Shown: positions 18,401-25,074, counted from the first letter of the stretch. The stretch: DNA of 30,167 nt from a virus (IMGVR_UViG_3300007539_000123:1-30167); one strand, 5' to 3'. Notes: generated from the letters alone by a model not told the origin. A program made the numbers and translations.

Positions 18401-19941
18401 ATACCAGCAAGCCTTCTCGAAAGTCTGCTGTTTCTTTTTCTTTGTCTCTCAAATGGGCTAGAAGCCCTCTCTACGGTTGTATGGGAAGGGGGCTTATTAC
18501 CACCGAACAACACTCTCCGTCCTTCACCTCCACCTAAGACCGCATATTGCAAAGCGTCATGTATGTGAGAGAAGCGATTCTTAGAAGGTCTTTCTTCGTA
18601 TCTCTCGTTACCCATGTGGTACTGGCGTTTGTACTGATAGCCGCCCTCAAACCCAGAAATCAATACGGTACAATTAGGGCTTATAGTCATGGCAGGATAT
18701 CCGTCTGTCATACGATTAAGAACGCCCTCAACAGCCTCAACACGCATTACTGCGTCATTACTTGGAGCAGGATGTGCATTAATGCCAGCAGCTCTTAGTA
18801 TCATAAAAGGAGTATTTTCTGACGTCTGGGCCATTTGATTACCAGCAGGGTCGCCTACAAACTTGAAGTCGTGCTTGTCCCAAGAGTTTCTGGCGATTTC
18901 TCTTTTGAGGACTTCTGCAAATCGTCCTGCCCCCATGTCTTGTCCGATAACTTCATGGAATACTGTCCATCTTCCTCCAAAGTTTTGCTGGCAAAAGACT
19001 GCCGATGGCGTACGGCCGAAATCGATGCCGACAATAACTTCAACCCCATCAATCGGCTCAATTGGCGATTTGGCAACGTGAGTGTCCTTTCTGAAAGATG
19101 CATAGACAGACTTACCATCCATAAGAGCCTGATACTCGTTTAGAACGTAAACCTTTACCCATTGAGGCGTTTTGCCCAAAATAATCTTATCATAGTAGTC
19201 AGGTTGCATGTTTTTAGTGTTTTCAGCCTTGGGATTGTGTTCATACCCTATAAGAGCACCTGATTTGTCTTTTTTCTCTGTCATGGCACCAGCTTGCTTG
19301 TAAAAAACCCAATCTTCTGGCTTAACAAGCAATAATTTCTCTTCTGATGACATATATTCGGGGGTTGGGGCTTCACCAGACATAATTGCCCACCAATGAG
19401 TTTCATCTGGCGAGTTTGTGTCCATAATAACGCCAAACCATGACGGACCGCCATCTCTCATAGACGGGAAACGACCAACACGCATAGTACAGGCGTCAAC
19501 AATACTCTTTGGTATTTCTCTGGCTTCGTTAATCCACACGCCAGTTAGCTCTAGAGAAAGTAATTTCTTTACATCCTCTTGCTTATCTAAAGCCAAAAAG
19601 ATGACTTCTAGTTCCACAGTAGTTTTATCGCCCAATGCAAAATTAATATTATGAGTATATGGGGGCGACCAGACAAATCTGCCTATCTCATCATCAAACC
19701 AATCACGCCATGTCTTAATGGTTGTGGTTTTTAGTTGGGGATTGGTGTTACGAATGACTGCCCACCGTGTTCTGCGTACCCCAGCAGAATTAGGGGCTTG
19801 GTGGACAGCCTTTCGCATAATCTCCATGCAACAAGTCACGGATTTACCAGAGCCTACTGGCCCTCTTATTCCCCTAACAAAAGAGGAATCTTTTAAAAAT
19901 GCCTTGGCTATCGGACCAGGCGGTTCATAGTTTAGTTTCAT
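18397..19941 (-). CDS. terL: Terminase large subunit
   Basis: 514 aa. Walker A GPVGSGKS, Walker B VWINE, coupling motif DTN, nuclease motifs VGIDFG and HIHDALQY. Confidence 0.95.
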   Translation of the reverse strand: MKLNYEPPGPIAKAFLKDSSFVRGIRGPVGSGKSVTCCMEIMRKAVHQAPNSAGVRRTRWAVIRNTNPQLKTTTIKTWRDWFDDEIGRFVWSPPYTHNINFALGDKTTVELEVIFLALDKQEDVKKLLSLELTGVWINEAREIPKSIVDACTMRVGRFPSMRDGGPSWFGVIMDTNSPDETHWWAIMSGEAPTPEYMSSEEKLLLVKPEDWVFYKQAGAMTEKKDKSGALIGYEHNPKAENTKNMQPDYYDKIILGKTPQWVKVYVLNEYQALMDGKSVYASFRKDTHVAKSPIEPIDGVEVIVGIDFGRTPSAVFCQQNFGGRWTVFHEVIGQDMGAGRFAEVLKREIARNSWDKHDFKFVGDPAGNQMAQTSENTPFMILRAAGINAHPAPSNDAVMRVEAVEGVLNRMTDGYPAMTISPNCTVLISGFEGGYQYKRQYHMGNERYEERPSKNRFSHIHDALQYAVLGGGEGRRVLFGGNKPPSHTTVERASSPFERQRKRNSRLSRRLAGI

Positions 19942-20654
19942 TAAACAGAAGGCCTACCTATCAGCATGCGCCTCTTTACACCAGCCGCCCTCTCAGAAGC
20001 CAAAAGCCTTCTTGTGGCAGAAGTTGGTCCAGTTGTAGGGGCTGATGGAGTTGGACTTGGCTTTGAAGAAGCTGTAGCAGACTGAGGATTCTCGCCCCTG
20101 CTACCACCGTTGTCATCTTGAGCAAATGAATCAATAACATTTCCACCTTCTGACCTTTGACCAGCAGGAGTAACGCCGCCAACAACAAATCTGCCGCTTG
20201 ATGAATATCTAAACTGAGGCTGACCTCTTGCCGCTAAGTTTGCAAGCTGTTGCTTTCTGTTTATTGAGCCAACACCCATTAAAGCAGAACCGATTCCAAA
20301 CGGAAGGCCCTTGCCTAGTAATGCTATTGGGTCTTTCTTCTGACGATACTCAAGTTGCATACGAGCAACATCACGACCTCTTTCAGATGCCACGACATTT
20401 CCAAATTCGTCATAGGTGGATAGGTCCGACTTCTCAAAAAGCTTCTCTCTATATTCTTCCTTGGCTTTCTGACCCTTTCCTGTCGTAACACCACGACCGC
20501 TAGAGCTTCTAACAATACTTCCGGTAGAACTCTTAACGTAAGCATCATCACCTAACGCTTGCTCTTCTGCTTTCTGTCTGTTTTTCTTCGCTTGGTAATT
20601 CATAGGAGCCGCATCATAACCACCTGAACCACCGCCTCCGTTGCTACTTCCCAT
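19941..20654 (-). CDS. Hypothetical Gly/Ser-rich protein between terS and terL
   Basis: 237 aa, RBS CAGGAG, TAAATG-type coupling to terL. Low complexity with a basic C-terminus. Confidence 0.7.
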   Translation of the reverse strand: MGSSNGGGGSGGYDAAPMNYQAKKNRQKAEEQALGDDAYVKSSTGSIVRSSSGRGVTTGKGQKAKEEYREKLFEKSDLSTYDEFGNVVASERGRDVARMQLEYRQKKDPIALLGKGLPFGIGSALMGVGSINRKQQLANLAARGQPQFRYSSSGRFVVGGVTPAGQRSEGGNVIDSFAQDDNGGSRGENPQSATASSKPSPTPSAPTTGPTSATRRLLASERAAGVKRRMLIGRPSV

Positions 20655-20795
20655 AATTCACTCCTGTAAAAAAAAATATATTTCTAACGATTGGGTTATT
20701 TAAGTCTATCGTGTGTGTGGTTGACCTTCTTATGTATATAGTCCTGTATTTTAAGGTGCCTTACGATATAGGTCTATAGCACATAGGGGCCCCAT

Positions 20796-21230
20796 TCAGT
20801 CTACGTTGAAGTTTATCTGTACTGCGGTAGACGGCGCACGTCCTGAGTCCTGTCGAAATCCTGCTCTATCCATCAAGTCTCTGGCGGCTTCAAGCCTGAC
20901 GTATTGTGACTTGCTATCCAGCAGTTCCCTCATTGTCGCCATCGCCTGTGTAGCGTCCCACCCCAGAGTCATCATTGCCAACTGTTGTCTGTACTCGATA
21001 ACATGCTGTTTCTTTAGGGTATTATAAGCCCAAGCCTTGTTTCTACCCAACTGTTCAGCAGCTTGTGTTGGGTTGCAACCATTATGCAAGATAGCATGTA
21101 CTAATTCCTGCTGGTTCTCAGTTATCTTTTCGTTACTTGCTTTTACAACTGGTGCATGTTTCTCAATGTCTTCCATTGGAACCAAGCCCTGTTTGTATCG
21201 TTCTTGTTGTTGTTTATTTGCTGTTGTCAT
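20796..21230 (-). CDS. terS: Terminase small subunit
   Basis: 144 aa. N-terminal HTH (T..Q..LV...CNPTQAAEQLG...AYNTLKK..V..Y), VRLEAARDLMDRAG oligomerisation motif, C-terminal beta strand VQINFNVD. First gene of the late operon. Confidence 0.8.
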   Translation of the reverse strand: MTTANKQQQERYKQGLVPMEDIEKHAPVVKASNEKITENQQELVHAILHNGCNPTQAAEQLGRNKAWAYNTLKKQHVIEYRQQLAMMTLGWDATQAMATMRELLDSKSQYVRLEAARDLMDRAGFRQDSGRAPSTAVQINFNVD

Positions 21231-21244
21231 ATCCGAGAGCCAAT

Positions 21245-21870
21245 CATTGCGTCTACGGACGATTATACATATTACACCTTACTAGCTGTCAACCCCCTTT
21301 TTACGAAAAGTGGGCTTTGTCGTCCGTTAGATTGCTACGCAGTGTCTTGCCAGACGAGCTGACCTGTCCTTGTCAGGTCAATCACGCTACACTTCTGGGC
21401 CGTTTCCTCTCTCTGATAACGTAAAGCCATTCCACTTCGTTATTCATCTGAAGTAGATGAATTACCACTACGCTCCATGCCGTTACTCTTCGCATCAAGA
21501 GGGACGTTGCCAGAAGCGTTACATTGATAAGAAAGAGAAGCTTAAGCACAAAGAATCAGAAGAACGCCCATCGAGGGCTTTTCTTCCGACCCCTTTAGTC
21601 GGGGAACACACACACAAAATGGGCTGGCTTTTCCCGTGAAAAAGCATATGCACAATGAATTGCGATGCAAGCGAAACCGTCAAGCCCTCTTTTTCTTTGG
21701 CGGTCAATCCTTGTGTTAATCTATGTCGCCGTACAGTAGTGCGGCTCGTAGTCCTGACGATTTACCGCTCTTAACACGCCAAACAAAAAGACCTTCGGCA
21801 AGGGGCTGGACTGTGTTCTTTCATTGTGATGGGCGGTTCCCGTAAAGCGCACATTCTGCATGTGTGTTGG
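21245..21870 (+). ncRNA. Candidate large structured non-coding element (RNA or ssDNA), family unknown
   Basis: No credible ORF and more than a dozen nested complementary segments found by eye, e.g. 21688-21702 with 21777-21791, 21651-21659 with 21820-21828, 21253-21262 with 21320-21330. G-U pairs and a C-UUCG-G loop favour the + strand. Confidence 0.5.
21262..21292 (-). promoter_or_regulatory. Sigma70-type late-operon promoter candidate with 19-bp spacer
   Basis: Minus strand TTGACA (21292-21287), 19 nt, TATAAT (21267-21262); the -10 ends 31 nt upstream of the terS ATG. Confidence 0.65.
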
Positions 21871-21899
21871 TTACATAACATAACGTCAAGGAGAATGAC

Positions 21900-22073
21900 A
21901 TGATTAACAATTCACTATTACTTAAAGACTTCGATTCAACTGTAACTCTTGATGCAGACTTCGACAACGAAGTGACATACGAATTATGGGAGATACGCCA
22001 AGCATTAGACGCTGGCGACTACTCAAGAGCCAAGCAGTTGACAGACAACATTGGCTCTAACGATTATCAGTAA
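21900..22073 (+). CDS. Small acidic early protein (57 aa)
   Basis: Not in the ORF track. MINNSLLLKDFDSTVTLDADFDNEVTYELWEIRQALDAGDYSRAKQLTDNIGSNDYQ. RBS AAGGAG. Confidence 0.75.
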   Translation: MINNSLLLKDFDSTVTLDADFDNEVTYELWEIRQALDAGDYSRAKQLTDNIGSNDYQ

Positions 22074-22081
22074 GCCAAGTA

Positions 22082-22111
22082 GGGGTGGTTGATATTTCAG
22101 CTACCCCATTT
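22082..22111 (+). terminator. Intergenic hairpin (weak terminator or processing/stability site)
   Basis: GGGGTGGTTGA-TATT-TCAGCTACCCC: 11-bp stem with two G-U pairs, followed only by ATTT. Confidence 0.5.
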
Positions 22112-22128
22112 AACCAGAGGAGAATCTT

Positions 22129-22755
22129 ATGACTAAGAGATATACAAAACGTAACCAGTTACCACAACTTGACGTCAACGACCTAGACCGTATTCGCAAG
22201 GTAATGACCAAGGAGTCTATGCCCAACAAGTACAAAGACGACAAGTGTCAGGAACAGTGGGAGAAGGAGCTTGCTAGACGTATTGAGGCAGTAGTTGATA
22301 TGTTTGAGCTTGAGGAAGAGACTATTACCCAAGCCAAAGTAGCAGATGGTATAACTCGTATGTTTGAGAAGATTGCATACAATGACTTGCAGTATGGTAC
22401 ACAGCTTCGTAAGGAACGTGCAGATGCCATTCGTGCAGACGTAGGCATTGAGATTACCAAGAACGTCATTGACGACCTTGATACACAGCTTGAGAAGAAG
22501 CGTATATCATACTACTCATCGATGGCCGCTTACAGAGTTGCACGTTGGGTTGTACGCCCAGCCGTTATTGGTCGCAACAATCTCAATTGGGGTGACTACA
22601 AGCCAGCACATGAGATGGCAAGGGTTAGACGCATTGAGCGCCGTAACCGTCATCTTACAGCTGACACGCTGGTAGCATCAACTGCTCGTGACTTTCACGA
22701 GTATGCACGAGATACAGGTTTGATAGAAATGCCTGATGCGGCACAACAAGCTTAA
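22129..22755 (+). CDS. Hypothetical early protein
   Basis: 208 aa, RBS GAGGAG, helical and charged, followed by a terminator. No family recognised. Confidence 0.85.
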   Translation: MTKRYTKRNQLPQLDVNDLDRIRKVMTKESMPNKYKDDKCQEQWEKELARRIEAVVDMFELEEETITQAKVADGITRMFEKIAYNDLQYGTQLRKERADAIRADVGIEITKNVIDDLDTQLEKKRISYYSSMAAYRVARWVVRPAVIGRNNLNWGDYKPAHEMARVRRIERRNRHLTADTLVASTARDFHEYARDTGLIEMPDAAQQA

Positions 22756-22761
22756 CAGCAG

Positions 22762-22800
22762 GGAGGGTAGGGCTTCACGGCTCTACTCTCCACTTTTTTT
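22762..22800 (+). terminator. Rho-independent terminator
   Basis: GGAGGGTAGGGC-TTCACG-GCTCTACTCTCC stem followed by AC and 7 T. Confidence 0.85.
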
Positions 22801-22851
22801 GTGTCACCTAAAACTGCTGAGAAAACGCCTCAATCTAATGGGAGTAAGCCA

Positions 22852-23139
22852 ATGAGAAACATTATAAAGAAACATATTAATCGTGGTATTGTATCTGGTT
22901 ACAGCAACTTTGAACAATTCAGAATGTTCATGGGAGCTGTTGAGGTTATATACACAAACCCCTCTAACAAAAGATTAAGAGAAATAGAATCCTATTCTGA
23001 GCATTTAGTCACCTCCCCCAAGACTAATTTCAAAACTAAAAAGAAAGCCAATATTCTTGCTGGTGAGTGTCGTGACCAAATATATCTTAAAGATGCACTT
23101 GCTAGATTTTCAAGACTCAACAGGGAGGGTGTATTATGA
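22852..23139 (+). CDS. Hypothetical protein (95 aa)
   Basis: Start moved to the ATG at 22852 (MRNIIKK...) behind RBS GGGAG. The track's GTG start abuts the terminator. Confidence 0.7.
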   Translation: MRNIIKKHINRGIVSGYSNFEQFRMFMGAVEVIYTNPSNKRLREIESYSEHLVTSPKTNFKTKKKANILAGECRDQIYLKDALARFSRLNREGVL

Positions 23140-23426
23140 TGTTCTACATATTTGCTGGACTAGCTTCTGCTCTAGCAATACTGTTCTTATTAGCCAAATT
23201 TGATTTCAAAAAAGTTCTTTGGCTTGATATTCCAATTGATATAATGTCTACTATCCTACTCGTTGCTATGTTTGCTGGCACATTTGCTGGCATGATGGCG
23301 GCAGTAATAGGAGGGTGCCTCATTTCAATTGTCTTGTTTCTGTATAAACGTGTAGTTGGTTACAGAAAGCCAAGATGGAAAAAATATGGGTATGAGTGGG
23401 TTGATGTAACGCCTCGTTCCCAATAA
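23136..23426 (+). CDS. Small membrane protein
   Basis: 96 aa with 2-3 hydrophobic helices and a basic C-terminal tail. RBS GGAGGG, ATGA overlap. Confidence 0.75.
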   Translation: MMFYIFAGLASALAILFLLAKFDFKKVLWLDIPIDIMSTILLVAMFAGTFAGMMAAVIGGCLISIVLFLYKRVVGYRKPRWKKYGYEWVDVTPRSQ

Positions 23427-23530
23427 CAGAATTGACACTGGTACTAGCGTACGATGGTCGAAATCCAGTGACAGGGGGAATAGACGTGCTGCCCCCACCC
23501 TTCAACTTGTCAAACGTAAAGGAAAATGAC

Positions 23531-23953
23531 ATGAACTTCGCACAAATCACTATCTCTGGTAACATTGGTGCAGAACCCGAAGTCCGTGATGTAAACGGTA
23601 CTAAGGTTGCTGGCTTCTCTGTTGCGGTCAATGAAGGCTACACTAACAAGCAAGGCGAGAAGGTAGAGAAGACTCACTGGTATCGCTGTGAGGCTTGGGA
23701 TGGTAGCAATGGCAAAGGCCTCGTTACCAACGTGATTGAACCATATGCTAAACAAGGGACCACTGTCTTTGTTCAAGGCTTCCCAATCATTGAGGAGTAT
23801 GAGAAAGATGGTATCAAACAACGTGCCTTCAAGGTAAAACTTGCTGGTGCTGGCTCAACATTCCGTCTAGCCTCAAAGTCTGAGGGTGGCGGTAAATCAT
23901 CTGCTCCTGATGGCAATACAAAGCCTAATGGTGATGACGATATTCCGTTCTAG
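23531..23953 (+). CDS. ssb: Single-stranded DNA-binding protein
   Basis: Start at ATG 23531 (RBS AAAGGA). OB-fold motifs ISGNIGAEPEVR, FSVAVN, THWYRCEAW, G..V.V.G and acidic tail DDDIPF. Confidence 0.95.
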   Translation: MNFAQITISGNIGAEPEVRDVNGTKVAGFSVAVNEGYTNKQGEKVEKTHWYRCEAWDGSNGKGLVTNVIEPYAKQGTTVFVQGFPIIEEYEKDGIKQRAFKVKLAGAGSTFRLASKSEGGGKSSAPDGNTKPNGDDDIPF

Positions 23954-23978
23954 GAGCCTCCAACCTAGAATAGAATGA

Positions 23979-24014
23979 GAGGGTAGGGGTTCCTCATGGC
24001 CTCTACCCTTTTTT
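23979..24014 (+). terminator. Rho-independent terminator after ssb
   Basis: GAGGGTAGGGGT-loop-GCCTCTACCCTT stem running into a 6-T tract. Confidence 0.8.
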
Positions 24015-24173
24015 ATTGCAAACACACAATAATAGTTTTGAAGAGGGTTGGATGCCGAGTGTGTCGGTAGCAAAGCCAATCATAGGGATGAAAGGAAGGT
24101 GGCAGTGTACGCCTCGAGCAACGTACATTTGCGGTATTCATAAACTATTCACAAATTCACAGGGAGTTCACAG

Positions 24174-24626
24174 ATGAATTACATGAACAAATACTCATCA
24201 ATAGAAACATTGCTAGACCCCTTTAATGAAACAATATCTGTTGTTCCTGCAGAAACAGGAGCAGGCAGATGGCAGGGGTATAGAGAAATTATTGAAGCCA
24301 GTATGTTTGGATTTGTACGCCTCTATTCAAATGGTGACGGTGTATATATCGATGACGAAGGCTTGTATTCAGAAAAGCAATATTTCTGGATGCACCGTAA
24401 TTACCCACAACCCCTTGTAAACAAAGCGTGTTTTGTCGGCATGGACGAAGAAGGTGATACTATACCTCCAAGAACAAGCTTGACTCAGTTTGAAAAAGAC
24501 GTTGTGTTTATAGGTTCACGCTATCAATTGGTCCTCAATCTACAGGTTCACTCAGATAAAGTAATCAAAGACAAAGAAGGATACGATGTAGATTACAGAC
24601 CTATATTTTTTAATATGGAGGAGTAA
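24174..24626 (+). CDS. DUF3846-like hypothetical protein
   Basis: 150 aa. Motifs LLDPF...I, GD.VYIDDEGL and P.V....FVG.DEEGD recalled as DUF3846-type. Confidence 0.65.
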   Translation: MNYMNKYSSIETLLDPFNETISVVPAETGAGRWQGYREIIEASMFGFVRLYSNGDGVYIDDEGLYSEKQYFWMHRNYPQPLVNKACFVGMDEEGDTIPPRTSLTQFEKDVVFIGSRYQLVLNLQVHSDKVIKDKEGYDVDYRPIFFNMEE

Positions 24627-24701
24627 ATGAATATTCGTATTGTAGTTGCCGCTTACATCCTAGCAAGTCTAGCTCTCGCCTCATATGCAGGAATGCTGTG
24701 A
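24627..24701 (+). CDS. Putative 24-aa single-helix membrane peptide
   Basis: Not in the ORF track. MNIRIVVAAYILASLALASYAGML. RBS GGAGGAG; exactly fills the gap, with TGATG coupling to the next ORF. Confidence 0.55.
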   Translation: MNIRIVVAAYILASLALASYAGML

Positions 24702-24853
24702 TGGACGGATACACATGCAGAGATTGTGGTCATTATCACGACAGCTATAACCACCTCAAGCACCTTGATTGGAACTCAGGTGGCTTCTGTCAAAACTGTG
24801 GCTCAGAGTATCTAACGGCAGATTCGGAGCAAGAAGAAAATGGAGAAGAATAA
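24701..24853 (+). CDS. Small zinc-ribbon protein (50 aa)
   Basis: Not in the ORF track. MDGYTCRDCGHYHDSYNHLKHLDWNSGGFCQNCGSEYLTADSEQEENGEE: two CxxC motifs and an acidic tail. Confidence 0.7.
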   Translation: MDGYTCRDCGHYHDSYNHLKHLDWNSGGFCQNCGSEYLTADSEQEENGEE

Positions 24854-24855
24854 AA

Positions 24856-25074
24856 ATGCTAAATTATATTCGACGTATCCAGAGCGTCAACGTAAAGACC
24901 CGATGGATTGGGTGGTTTGTCACTGTTCACCTAACACTGTCGTTCTCGATTCTAATTCTTTTGATGGCAGTAGGCATCAATCCGACACTGCTTGTTTCGG
25001 CACTTGGTGCGCCCCTGTGGATTGGTGTAGCGTTCGGCTCAAAAACAATAACTGACAAAATCATGGAGGATTAA
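24856..25074 (+). CDS. Small membrane protein (72 aa)
   Basis: Start moved to ATG 24856 (MLNYIRR...), RBS GGAG. Two hydrophobic helices. Confidence 0.7.
   Translation: MLNYIRRIQSVNVKTRWIGWFVTVHLTLSFSILILLMAVGINPTLLVSALGAPLWIGVAFGSKTITDKIMED

Noticed and set aside
409-21285. Many plus-strand and alternate-frame ORFs of 60-150 aa within the late operon
   Set aside because: They are antisense or out-of-frame shadows of well-supported structural genes, with no RBS or recognisable motifs.
21137-21707. Track ORFs 21137-21424, 21156-21362, 21457-21639 and 21519-21707
   Set aside because: No convincing RBS and atypical composition; they overlap terS, its promoter or the base-paired elements. The region is better explained as non-coding.
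23432-23530. TTGACA at 23432 as the -35 of an ssb promoter, and the track's TTG start for ssb
   Set aside because: The best -10 (TACGAT) is only 12 nt away. The ATG at 23531 has an RBS and matches the normal SSB N-terminus.
23432-24149. Hammerhead ribozyme or tRNA identity for the two small structured spacers
   Set aside because: No CUGANGA core paired with GAAA, and no cloverleaf with a TTC-containing T-loop and acceptor stem.
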